NCBI RefSeq assembly: GCF_009914755.1
Contig: NC_060948.1
Origin: the human T2T-CHM13v2.0 reference genome, Homo sapiens
DNA: 64,000 nt
Direction: 5' to 3' (one strand)
Shown: in pieces, positions 27,644 to 41,973 of the stretch
Layout: every line of letters starts with the position of its first letter
Numbering within the stretch: the stretch's first letter is position 1
The notes under the pieces: generated by a model
The model's input: only the letters and a program-made list of their open reading frames with translations
Told to the model about the DNA's origin: nothing
The model's database searches: none
Position numbers and translations under genes: made by a program

Positions 27644-30600
27644 AATGCACTCGAATGCAATGGAGTCGAAACTAATGGACTGGAATAGAATGGACTCGAC
27701 TGGTACGGACTCCAATGGAATGGAATCGAATGGAAGGGAATCGAACGGAAGGGAATCGAACGGAATGGACTCGAAGGGAAAAGACTGCAATGGAAAGGTC
27801 TCGAATGGAATGGAAATTAATGGAATGGAATGGAATCGAATGAAATGGAGTCAAAAGGAATGGAATCGAATGGCAAGAAATCTAATGTAATGGAATCGCC
27901 AGGAATTGATGTGAACGGAACGGAATGGAATGGAATCCAAAGGAATGGAATAGAATGGAATGGAATCGAATGGAAAGGACTCCAATGGAAATCACTCGAA
28001 TAGAATGCAATTTAATAAAATAGGATCAAATGTAATGGAATGGAATGGAAAGGAATCGAAACGAAAGGAATGGAGACAGATGGAATGGAATGGAACAGAG
28101 AGCAATGGTATAGAATGGAATGGAATCATCTGGAATGGAATTGAATGGAATGGAATAATATGAAATGGAATGGAATGGAATGGAGTGGAATGCCCTTGAA
28201 TTAAATGGACTGGAATGGAATGGACTCAAACAGAGTGGAATGGAAAGTGTGGAGATAGAATGGAATGAACTCCTTTGGAATGGTGTAGTATGCAATGCAA
28301 TCGACTGGCAGGGAATCAAAAGAAATGTAATCGAATGGATTGGACTGGAATGCAATGGACTCGAATAGATTGGAAACGGAATGCAAAGGAATGGAATGGA
28401 ATAGTATGGAATGCAATGGAAGGGAATGGAGTGGAATAGACTAGAGTGGAATGGAATGGACTGGAAAGCAATGGACTGGAATGGAACTTTCTTGGATGGA
28501 CTGGAATCAAACGGAATGGAATGCAATGCAATCAAATGGCATGGAATAAAATAGAATGAAAGAGAATCAAATGGAATTGAATCGAATGGAATCGAATGGA
28601 TTGGAAAGGAATAGAATGGAATGGAATGGAATTGACTCAAATGGAATGGACTAGAATGGAATGGATTCGAATGGAAGGCAAAGGAATGGAATCTATTGGA
28701 ATGGACTGTAATGGAATGGAATGGAAGGGATTGGAATGGACTCGAATGGAATGGACTGCAATAGAAAGGATTCGAATGGAATGAAAAAGAATTGAATGGA
28801 ATAGAACAGAATGGAATCAAATCGAATGAAATGGAATGGAATAGAAAGGAATGGAATGAAATGGAATGGAAAGGATTCGAATGTAATGCAATCGAATGGA
28901 ATGGAATCGAACGGAATGGAATAAAATGGAAGAAAACTGGCAAGAAATGGAATCGAAATGAATGGAGTGTTATGGAACGGACTCAAACGGAATTGAATGT
29001 AATAGAATGGAGTGGAGTGGACTCGAATATAATGGACTGGAATGGAATGAAATCACATGGAATGGGAACGAATGGAATGGAATGGAAAGGAATGGAATCG
29101 AATGGAAAGGAATCGAATGGAAGGGAATGAAATTGAATCAACAGGAATGGAAGGGAATAGAATAGACTGTAATGGAATGGACTCGAATAGAATGGACACG
29201 AATGCTCAAATTAAATGGACTCGAATGGAATGGAAACGAAAGGAATGTCATCGAATGGAATTGAATCGATTGGAATGAAATCGCATAGAATGGAGTGGAA
29301 TCAAATGGAATTGAATCGAAAGGAAAGGAAGCGAATGGACTGAAATGAAATGGAATGGAATTGTATGGAAAGTAATGCAATGGAATAGAATGGAACGAAA
29401 TTTCACGGAATGGAATCAAACTGAATGGAATCAAATCAATGGAATCAAATCAAATGGAATGGAAAGGAATTGAATGGAGTAGATGGGATTGGATGGGATT
29501 GGAATGAAATGTACTGGAAAGGACTCGAATTTCATGAAACGGAATGGAATGAATTGGAACGGAATGGACTCGAATGGAATGGAATGTCATGGGATGGCAT
29601 CAAATGGAATGGCATCAAATGGAATGGAATCGAATGCAATGGAATGCTGTGGAATGGAATGGAATGCATTGGAATGGAATGTCCTCTAATGGAATGGATT
29701 CGAGTGGAATGGAATTGAATATAATGGAGTCGAATGAAATGGAATTGAAAGGAATGGGATCGAATACAATGGAATATACTGGAATGTAACGTAATGAACT
29801 CGAATGTAATTGACTGGAATGGAATGTACATGAATGGAATGTAATCGAATGGAAAGTAATCCAATGGAATAGAATCTAATGCAATAAAATCGACTCAGAT
29901 AGAGTAGAATGTAATGGAATGGAGTGCAGTGCAATGGAATGGAATGGAATGGAATGTAATGGAATGGAATGGAATGGAATGGAATGGAATGGAATGGAAT
30001 GGAATGGAATGGGATGGAATGGTATGGAATGGATAGTAATAGACTGGAGTGAAATGGACTGGAAAGGAATGGACTCAAATTGAAAGGGCTCGAAAGGAAT
30101 GGAGTCAAATGGAATGGTCTGGAATGGAATGAACACGAATGTAATGCAACCCAATAGAATGGAATCGAATGGCATGGAATATAAAGAAATGGAATCGAAG
30201 AGAATGGAAACAAATGGAATGGAATTGAATGGAATGGAATTGAATGGAATGGGAACGAATGGAGTGAAATTGTATGCAGTAGAAGAGAATAGAATGGAAT
30301 GCAAGCGAAAGGAAAGGAATGGATTGGAATGGAATGGAATTCATTGGAATGGAAGGGAATGTAGTGTAATGGACAGGCCTGGAATAAAGTGGAATGCTAC
30401 GGTCTCGAATGGAATAAAAATGTATGGAATGGAATGCAATGAAACGGAATCGAATGTCATAGAATGTAATGGAATGCAAAAAAATGGAATCCAAAATCAT
30501 TGACTGGAAAGGCTGGGTGTCGAAAGGAATTGACTCCAATGGAATGGAATCGAATGGAATGGAAGTGAATAGAATCGAACTAAATCGAATGGAATGGAAT

Positions 30601-31232
30601 TGATAGGAACGGAATGGAAAGGAATGCAATGATTTGGCATGGAATGGAATCGAATGGCATCGAATGGAATGGAATGGAATGCAATGGAATGGAATGTATT
30701 AGAATGTAATGAACTTTAATGGAATGTACTCGAATGGATTCGACTGGAATGGAATGTTCTGGAAGTGAATGGACTCCAATGGAATGGATTCAAAAGGAAT
30801 GGAATCGTACGGAATGGAATCTAATGGAATGGAATTAAATGGAAATGAATCAAATTGAATAGCACGGAATTGAATTGAATGGAATGGAATGCAATGGAAT
30901 CTAATGAAACGGAAAGGAAAGGAATGGAATGGAATGGAATGGGCTGGAATGGAAAGGAATCGAAACGAATGGAATGGAATCGAACTGAAGAGACTGGAAT
31001 GGAATGCACTGGAATGGAAGGGAGTGTAATGGAAGGTTGTCGAAAAAAATGGAATCGAATGGAATGGAATTGAATGGAACGGAATAGAGTCGAATGGAAT
31101 TGAATGGAATGGAATGGACTAGAGTGAAATGGAATCGAACCACAAGGAATGGACAGGAATAGAATGGTCTCGAATTGAATGGAATCGTATGGAATGGCAT
31201 CAAACGGAATGGAATGGACAGCCACGGAATGG
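27644..31232 (+). repeat. DYZ1 unit 9 (3589 bp; longest, (ATGGA)10)
   Basis: Landmark spacing 27540->31129. Confidence 0.93.
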
Positions 31233-34200
31233 AATGCACTCGAATGCAATGGAGTCGAAACTAATGGACTGGAATAGAATGGACTCGACTGGTACGGACT
31301 CCAATGGAATGGAATCGAATGGAAGGGAATCGAACGGAAGGGAATCGAACGGAATGGACTCGAAGGGAAAAGACTGCAATGGAAAGGTCTCGAATGGAAT
31401 GGAAATTAATGGAATGGAATGGAATCGAATGAAATGGAGTCAAAAGGAATGGAATCGAATGGCAAGAAATCTAATGTAATGGAATCGCCAGGAATTGATG
31501 TGAACGGAACGGAATGGAATGGAATCCAAAGGAATGGAATAGAATGGAATGGAATCGAAGGAAAGGACTCCAATGGAAATCACTCGAATAGAATGCAATT
31601 TAATAAAATAGGATCAAATGTAATGGAATGGAATGGAAAGGAATCGAAACGAAAGGAATGGAGACAGATGGAATGGAATGGAACAGAGAGCAATGGTATA
31701 GAATGGAATGGAATCATCTGGAATGGAATTGAATGGAATGGAATAATATGAAATGGAATGGAATGGAATGGAGTGGAATGCCCTTGAATTAAATGGACTG
31801 GAATGGAATGGACTCAAACAGAGTGGAATGGAAAGTGTGGAGATAGAATGGAATGAACTCCTTTGGAATGGTGTAGTATGCAATGCAATCGACTGGCAGG
31901 GAATCAAAAGAAATGTAATCGAATGGATTGGACTGGAATGCAATGGACTCGAATAGATTGGAAACGGAATGCAAAGGAATGGAATGGAATAGTATGGAAT
32001 GCAATGGAAGGGAATGGAGTGGAATAGACTAGAGTGGAATGGAATGGACTGGAAAGCAATGGACTGGAATGGAACTTTCTTGGATGGACTGGAATCAAAC
32101 GGAATGGAATGCAATGCAATCAAATGGCATGGAATAAAATAGAATGAAAGAGAATCAAATGGAATTGAATCGAATGGAATCGAATGGATTGGAAATGAAT
32201 AGAATGGAATGGAATGGAATTGACTCAAATGGAATGGACTAGAATGGAATGGATTCGAATGGAAGGCAAAGGAATGGAATCTATTGGAATGGACTGTAAT
32301 GGAATGGAATGGAAGGGATTGGAATGGACTCGAATGGAATGGACTGCAATAGAAAGGATTCGAATGGAATGAAAAAGAATTGAATGGAATAGAACAGAAT
32401 GGAATCAAATCGAATGAAATGGAATGGAATAGAAAGGAATGGAATGAAATGGAATGGAAAGGATTCGAATGTAATGCAATCGAATGGAATGGAATCGAAC
32501 GGAATGGAATAAAATGGAAGAAAACTGGCAAGAAATGGAATCGAAATGAATGGAGTGTTATGGAACGGACTCAAACGGAATTGAATGTAATAGAATGGAG
32601 TGGAGTGGACTCGAATATAATGGACTGGAATGGAATGAAATCACATGGAATGGGAACGAATGGAATGGAATGGAAAGGAATGGAATCGAATGGAAAGGAA
32701 TCGAATGGAAGGGAATGAAATTGAATCAACAGGAATGGAAGGGAATAGAATAGACTGTAATGGAATGGACTCGAATAGAATGGACACGAATGCTCAAATT
32801 AAATGGACTCGAATGGAATGGAAACGAAAGGAATGTCATCGAATGGAATTGAATCGATTGGAATGAAATCGCATAGAATGGAGTGGAATCAAATGGAATT
32901 GAATCGAAAGGAAAGGAAGCGAATGGACTGAAATGAAATGGAATGGAATTGTATGGAAAGTAATGCAATGGAATAGAATGGAACGAAATTTCACGGAATG
33001 GAATCAAACTGAATGGAATCAAATCAATGGAATCAAATCAAATGGAATGGAAAGGAATTGAATGGAGTAGATGGGATTGGATGGGATTGGAATGAAATGT
33101 ACTGGAAAGGACTCGAATTTCATGAAACGGAATGGAATGAATTGGAACGGAATGGACTCGAATGGAATGGAATGTCATGGGATGGCATCAAATGGAATGG
33201 CATCAAATGGAATGGAATCGAATGCAATGGAATGCTGTGGAATGGAATGGAATGCATTGGAATGGAATGTCCTCTAATGGAATGGATTCGAGTGGAATGG
33301 AATTGAATATAATGGAGTCGAATGAAATGGAATTGAAAGGAATGGGATCGAATACAATGGAATATACTGGAATGTAACGTAATGAACTCGAATGTAATTG
33401 ACTGGAATGGAATGTACATGAATGGAATGTAATCGAATGGAAAGTAATCCAATGGAATAGAATCTAATGCAATAAAATCGACTCAGATAGAGTAGAATGT
33501 AATGGAATGGAGTGCAGTGCAATGGAATGGAATGGAATGGAATGCAATGGAATGGAATGGAATGGAATGGAATGGAATGGAATGGAATGGAATGGGATGG
33601 AATGGTATGGAATGGATAGTAATAGACTGGAGTGAAATGGACTGGAAAGGAATGGACTCAAATTGAAAGGGCTCGAAAGGAATGGAGTCAAATGGAATGG
33701 TCTGGAATGGAATGAACACGAATGTAATGCAACCCAATAGAATGGAATCGAATGGCATGGAATATAAAGAAATGGAATCGAAGAGAATGGAAACAAATGG
33801 AATGGAATTGAATGGAATGGAATTGAATGGAATGGGAACGAATGGAGTGAAATTGTATGCAGTAGAAGAGAATAGAATGGAATGCAAGCGAAAGGAAAGG
33901 AATGGATTGGAATGGAATGGAATTCATTGGAATGGAAGGGAATGTAGTGTAATGGACAGGCCTGGAATAAAGTGGAATGCTACGGTCTCGAATGGAATAA
34001 AAATGTATGGAATGGAATGCAATGAAACGGAATCGAATGTCATAGAATGTAATGGAATGCAAAAAAATGGAATCCAAAATCATTGACTGGAAAGGCTGGG
34101 TGTCGAAAGGAATTGACTCCAATGGAATGGAATCGAATGGAATGGAAGTGAATAGAATCGAACTAAATCGAATGGAATGGAATTGATAGGAACGGAATGG

Positions 34201-34815
34201 AAAGGAATGCAATGATTTGGCATGGAATGGAATCGAATGGCATCGAATGGAATGGAATGGAATGCAATGGAATGGAATGTATTAGAATGTAATGAACTTT
34301 AATGGAATGTACTCGAATGGATTCGACTGGAATGGAATGTTCTGGAAGTGAATGGACTCCAATGGAATGGATTCAAAAGGAATGGAATCGTACGGAATGG
34401 AATCTAATGGAATGGAATTAAATGGAAATGAATCAAATTGAATAGCACGGAATTGAATTGAATGGAATGGAATGCAATGGAATCTAATGAAACGGAAAGG
34501 AAAGGAATGGAATGGAATGGAATGGGCTGGAATGGAAAGGAATCGAAACGAATGGAATGGAATCGAAGTGAAGAGACTGGAATGGAATGCACTGGAATGG
34601 AAGGGAGTGTAATGGAAGGTTCTCGAAAAAAATGGAATCGAATGGAATGGAATTGAATGGAACGGAATAGAGTCGAATGGAATTGAATGGAATGGAATGG
34701 ACTAGAGTGAAATGGAATCGAACCACAAGGAATGGACAGGAATAGAATGGTCTCGAATTGAATGGAATCGTATGGAATGGCATCAAACGGAATGGAATGG
34801 ACAGCCACGGAATGG
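31233..34815 (+). repeat. DYZ1 unit 10 (3583 bp)
   Basis: (ATGGA)9 and a private 1-bp deletion at ~31560 (ATCGAAGGAAAGG). Confidence 0.93.
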
Positions 34816-37800
34816 AATGCACTCGAATGCAATGGAGTCGAAACAAATGGACTGGAATAGAATGGACTCGACTGGTACGGACTCCAATGGAATGGAATCG
34901 AATGGAAGGGAATCGAACGGAAGGGAATCGAACGGAATGGACTCGAAGGGAAAAGACTGCAATGGAAAGGTCTCGAATGGAATGGAAATTAATGGAATGG
35001 AATGGAATCGAATGAAATGGAGTCAAAAGGAATGGAATCGAATGGCAAGAAATCGAATGTAATGGAATCGCCAGGAATTGATGTGAACGGAACGGAATGG
35101 AATGGAATCCAAAGGAATGGAATAGAATGGAATGGAATCGAATGGAAAGGACTCGAATGGAAATCACTCGAATAGAATGCAATTTAATAAAATAGGATCA
35201 AATGTAATGGAATGGAATGGAAAGGAATCGAAACGAAAGGAATGGAGACAGATGGAATGGAATGGAACAGAGAGCAATGGTATAGAATGGAATGGAATCA
35301 TCTGGAATGGAATTGAATGGAATGGAATAATATGAAATGGAATGGAATGGAATGGAATGGAATGCCCTTGAATTAAATGGACTGGAATGGAATGGACTCA
35401 AACAGAGTGGAATGGAAAGTGTGGAGATAGAATGGAATGAACTCCTTTGGAATGGTGTAGTATGCAATGCAATCGACTGGCAGGGAATCAAAAGGAATGT
35501 AATCGAATGGATTGGACTGGAATGCAATGGACTCGAATAGATTGGAAACGGAATGCAAAGGAATGGAATGGAATAGTATGGAATGCAATGGAAGGGAATG
35601 GAGTGGAATAGACTAGAGTGGAATGGAATGGACTGGAAAGCAATGGACTGGAATGGAACTTTCTTGGATGGACTGGAACCAAACGGAATGGAATGCAATG
35701 CAATCAAATGGCATGGAATAAAATAGAATGAAAGAGAATCAAATGGAATTGAATCGAATGGAATCGAATGGATTGGAAAGGAATAGAATGGAATGGAATG
35801 GAATTGACTCAAATGGAATGGACTAGAATGGAATGGATTCGAATGGAAGGCAAAGGAATGGAATCTATTGGAATGGACTGTAATGGAATGGAATGGAAGG
35901 GATTGGAATGGACTCGAATGGAATGGACTGCAATAGAAAGGATTCGAATGGAATGAAAAAGAATTGAATGGAATAGAACAGAATGGAATCAAATCGAATG
36001 AAATGGAATGGAATAGAAAGGAATGGAATGAAATGGAATGGAAAGGATTCGAATGGAATGCAATCGAATGGAATGGAATCGAACGGAATGGAATAAAATG
36101 GAAGAAAACTGGCAAGAAATGGAATCGAAATGAATGGAGTGTTATGGAACGGACTCAAAAGGAATTGAATGTAATAGAATGGAGTGGAGTGGACTCGAAT
36201 ATAATGGACTGGAATGGAATGAAATCACATGGAATGGGAACGAATGGAATGGAATGGAAAGGAATGGAATCGAATGGAAAGGAATCGAATGGAAGGGAAT
36301 GAAATTGAATCAACAGGAATGGAAGGGAATAGAATAGACTGTAATGGAATGGACTCGAATAGAATGGACACGAATGCTCAAATTAAATGGACTCGAATGG
36401 AATGGAAACGAAAGGAATGTCATCGAATGGAATTGAATCGATTGGAATGAAATCGCATAGAATGGAGTGGAATCAAATGGAATTGAATCGAAAGGAAAGG
36501 AAGCGAATGGACTGAAATGAAATGGAATGGAATTGAATGGAAAGTAATGCAATGGAATAGAATGGAACGAAATTTCACGGAATGGAATCAAACTGAATGG
36601 AATCAAATCAATGGAATCAAATCAAATGGAATGGAAAGGAATTGAATGGAGTAGATGGGATTGGATGGGATTGGAATGAAATGTACTGGAAAGGACTCGA
36701 ATTTCATGAAACGGAATGGAATGAATTGGAACGGAATGGACTCGAATGGAATGGAATGTCATGGGATTGCATCAAATGGAATGGCATCAAATGGAATGGA
36801 ATCGAATGCAATGGAATGCTATGGAATGGAATGGAATGCATTGGAATGGAATGTCCTCTAATGGAATGGATTCGAGTGGAATGGAATTGAATATAATGGA
36901 GTCGAATGAAATGGAATTGAAAGGAATGGGATCGAATACAATGGAATATACTGGAATGTAACGTAATGAACTCGAATGTAATTGACTGGAATGGAATGTA
37001 CATGAATGGAATGTAATCGAATGGAAAGTAATCCAATGGAATAGAATCTAATGCAATAAAATCGACTCAGATAGAGTAGAATGTAATGGAATGGAGTGCA
37101 GTGCAATGGAATGGAATGGAATGGAATGCAATGGAATGGAATGGAATGGAATGCAATGGAATGGAATGTAATGGAATGGGATGGAATGGTATGGAATGGA
37201 TAGTAATGGACTGGAGTGAAATGGACTGGAAAGGAATGGACTCAAATTGAAAGGGCTCGAAAGGAATGGAGTCAAATGGAATGGTCTGGAATGGAATGAA
37301 CACGAATGTAATGCAACCCAATAGAATGGAATCGAATGGCATGGAATATAAAGAAATGGAATCGAAGAGAATGGAAACAAATGGAATGGAATTGAATGGA
37401 ATGGAATTGAATGGAATGGGAACGAATGGAGTGAAATTGTATGCAGTAGAAGAGAATAGAATGGAATGCAAGCGAAAGGAAAGGAATGGATTGGAATGGA
37501 ATGGAATTCATTGGAATGGAAGGGAATGTAGTGTAATGGACAGGCCTGGAATAAAGTGGAATGCTACGGTCTCGAATGGAATAAAAATGTATGGAATGGA
37601 ATGCAATGAAACGGAATCGAATGTCATAGAATGTAATGGAATGCAAAAAAATGGAATCCAAAATCATTGACTGGAAAGGCTGGGTGTCGAAAGGAATTGA
37701 CTCCAATGGAATGGAATCGAATGGAATGGAAGTGAATAGAATCGAACTAAATCGAATGGAATGGAATTGATAGGAACGGAATGGAAAGGAATGCAATGAT

Positions 37801-38394
37801 TTGGCATGGAATGGAATCGAATGGCATCGAATGGAATGGAATGGAATGCAATGGAATGGAATGTATTAGAATGTAATGAACTTTAATGGAATGTACTCGA
37901 ATGGATTCGACTGGAATGGAATGTTCTGGAAGTGAATGGACTCCAATGGAATGGATTCAAAAGGAATGGAATCGTACGGAATGGAATCTAATGGAATGGA
38001 ATTAAATGGAAATGAATCAAATTGAATAGCACGGAATTGAATTGAATGGAATGGAATGCAATGGAATCTAATGAAACGGAAAGGAAAGGAATGGAATGGA
38101 ATGGGCTGGAATGGAAAGGAATCGAAACGAATGGAATGGAATCGAACTGAAGAGACTGGAATGGAATGCACTGGAATGGAAGGGAGTGTAATGGAAGGTT
38201 CTCGAAAAAAATGGAATCGAATGGAATGGAATTGAATGGAACGGAATAGAGTCGAATGGAATTGAATGGAATGGAATGGACTAGAGTGAAATGGAATCGA
38301 ACCACAAGGAATGGACAGGAATAGAATGGTCTCGAATTGAATGGAATCGTATGGAATGGCATCAAACGGAATGGAATGGACAGCCACGGAATGG
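34816..38394 (+). repeat. DYZ1 unit 11 (3579 bp)
   Basis: Interrupted tract (+5) offset by a 5-bp loss before GGGCTGG (~38100). Confidence 0.93.
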
Positions 38395-41300
38395 AATGCA
38401 CTCGAATGCAATGGAGTCGAAACTAATGGACTGGAATAGAATGGACTCGACTGGTACGGACTCCAATGGAATGGAATCGAATGGAAGGGAATCGAACGGA
38501 AGGGAATCGAACGGAATGGACTCGAAGGGAAAAGACTGCAATGGAAAGGTCTCGAATGGAATGGAAATTAATGGAATGGAATGGAATCGAATGAAATGGA
38601 GTCAAAAGGAATGGAATCGAATGGCAAGAAATCTAATGTAATGGAATCGCCAGGAATTGATGTGAACGGAACGGAATGGAATGGAATCCAAAGGAATGGA
38701 ATAGAATGGAATGGAATCGAATGGAAAGGACTCCAATGGAAATCACTCGAATAGAATGCAATTTAATAAAATAGGATCAAATGTAATGGAATGGAATGGA
38801 AAGGAATCGAAACGAAAGGAATGGAGACAGATGGAATGGAATGGAACAGAGAGCAATGGTATAGAATGGAATGGAATCATCTGGAATGGAATTGAATGGA
38901 ATGGAATAATATGAAATGGAATGGAATGGAATGGAGTGGAATGCCCTTGAATTAAATGGACTGGAATGGAATGGACTCAAACAGAGTGGAATGGAAAGTG
39001 TGGAGATAGAATGGAATGAACTCCTTTGGAATGGTGTAGTATGCAATGCAATCGACTGGCAGGGAATCAAAAGAAATGTAATCGAATGGATTGGACTGGA
39101 ATGCAATGGACTCGAATAGATTGGAAACGGAATGCAAAGGAATGGAATGGAATAGTATGGAATGCAATGGAAGGGAATGGAGTGGAATAGACTAGAGTGG
39201 AATGGAATGGACTGGAAAGCAATGGACTGGAATGGAACTTTCTTGGATGGACTGGAATCAAACGGAATGGAATGCAATGCAATCAAATGGCATGGAATAA
39301 AATAGAATGAAAGAGAATCAAATGGAATTGAATCGAATGGAATCGAATGGATTGGAAATGAATAGAATGGAATGGAATGGAATTGACTCAAATGGAATGG
39401 ACTAGAATGGAATGGATTCGAATGGAAGGCAAAGGAATGGAATCTATTGGAATGGACTGTAATGGAATGGAATGGAAGGGATTGGAATGGACTCGAATGG
39501 AATGGACTGCAATAGAAAGGATTCGAATGGAATGAAAAAGAATTGAATGGAATAGAACAGAATGGAATCAAATCGAATGAAATGGAATGGAATAGAAAGG
39601 AATGGAATGAAATGGAATGGAAAGGATTCGAATGTAATGCAATCGAATGGAATGGAATCGAACGGAATGGAATAAAATGGAAGAAAACTGGCAAGAAATG
39701 GAATCGAAATGAATGGAGTGTTATGGAACGGACTCAAACGGAATTGAATGTAATAGAATGGAGTGGAGTGGACTCGAATATAATGGACTGGAATGGAATG
39801 AAATCACATGGAATGGGAACGAATGGAATGGAATGGAAAGGAATGGAATCGAATGGAAAGGAATCGAATGGAAGGGAATGAAATTGAATCAACAGGAATG
39901 GAAGGGAATAGAATAGACGGTAATGGAATGGACTCGAATAGAATGGACACGAATGCTCAAATTAAATGGACTCGAATGGAATGGAAACGAAAGGAATGTC
40001 ATCGAATGGAATTGAATCGATTGGAATGAAATCGCATAGAATGGAGTGGAATCAAATGGAATTGAATCGAAAGGAAAGGAAGCGAATGGACTGAAATGAA
40101 ATGGAATGGAATTGTATGGAAAGTAATGCAATGGAATAGAATGGAACGAAATTTCACGGAATGGAATCAAACTGAATGGAATCAAATCAATGGAATCAAA
40201 TCAAATGGAATGGAAAGGAATTGAATGGAGTAGATGGGATTGGATGGGATTGGAATGAAATGTACTGGAAAGGACTCGAATTTCATGAAACGGAATGGAA
40301 TGAATTGGAACGGAATGGACTCGAATGGAATGGAATGTCATGGGATGGCATCAAATGGAATGGCATCAAATGGAATGGAATCGAATGCAATGGAATGCTA
40401 TGGAATGGAATGGAATGCATTGGAATGGAATGTCCTCTAATGGAATGGATTCGAGTGGAATGGAATTGAATATAATGGAGTCGAATGAAATGGAATTGAA
40501 AGGAATGGGATCGAATACAATGGAATATACTGGAATGTAACGTAATGAACTCGAATGTAATTGACTGGAATGGAATGTACATGAATGGAATGTAATCGAA
40601 TGGAAAGTAATCCAATGGAATAGAATCTAATGCAATAAAATCGACTCAGATAGAGTAGAATGTAATGGAATGGAGTGCAGTGCAATGGAATGGAATGGAA
40701 TGGAATGCAATGGAATGGAATGGAATGGAATGGAATGGAATGGAATGGAATGGAATGGGATGGAATGGTATGGAATGGATAGTAATAGACTGGAGTGAAA
40801 TGGACTGGAAAGGAATGGACTCAAATTGAAAGGGCTCGAAAGGAATGGAGTCAAATGGAATGGTCTGGAATGGAATGAACACGAATGTAATGCAACCCAA
40901 TAGAATGGAATCGAATGGCATGGAATATAAAGAAATGGAATCGAAGAGAATGGAAACAAATGGAATGGAATTGAATGGAATGGAATTGAATGGAATGGGA
41001 ACGAATGGAGTGAAATTGTATGCAGTAGAAGAGAATAGAATGGAATGCAAGCGAAAGGAAAGGAATGGATTGGAATGGAATGGAATTCATTGGAATGGAA
41101 GGGAATGTAGTGTAATGGACAGGCCTGGAATAAAGTGGAATGCTACGGTCTCGAATGGAATAAAAATGTATGGAATGGAATGCAATGAAACGGAATCGAA
41201 TGTCATAGAATGTAATGGAATGCAAAAAAATGGAATCCAAAATCATTGACTGGAAAGGCTGGGTGTCGAAAGGAATTGACTCCAATGGAATGGAATCGAA

Positions 41301-41973
41301 TGGAATGGAAGTGAATAGAATCGAACTAAATCGAATGGAATGGAATTGATAGGAACGGAATGGAAAGGAATGCAATGATTTGGCATGGAATGGAATCGAA
41401 TGGCATCGAATGGAATGGAATGGAATGCAATGGAATGGAATGTATTAGAATGTAATGAAGTTTAATGGAATGTACTCGAATGGATTCGACTGGAATGGAA
41501 TGTTCTGGAAGTGAATGGACTCCAATGGAATGGATTCAAAAGGAATGGAATCGTACGGAATGGAATCTAATGGAATGGAATTAAATGGAAATGAATCAAA
41601 TTGAATAGCACGGAATTGAATTGAATGGAATGGAATGCAATGGAATCTAATGAAACGGAAAGGAAAGGAATGGAATGGAATGGGCTGGAATGGAAAGGAA
41701 TCGAAACGAATGGAATGGAATCGAACTGAAGAGACTGGAATGGAATGCACTGGAATGGAAGGGAGTGTAATGGAAGGTTCTCGAAAAAAATGGAATCGAA
41801 TGGAATGGAATTGAATGGAACGGAATAGAGTCGAATGGAATTGAATGGAATGGAATGGACTAGAGTGAAATGGAATCGAACCACAAGGAATGGACAGGAA
41901 TAGAATGGTCTCGAATTGAATGGAATCGTATGGAATGGCATCAAACGGAATGGAATGGACAGCCACGGAATGG
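38395..41973 (+). repeat. DYZ1 unit 12 (3579 bp)
   Basis: (ATGGA)9 (+5) and a 5-bp loss before GGGCTGG. Confidence 0.93.
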
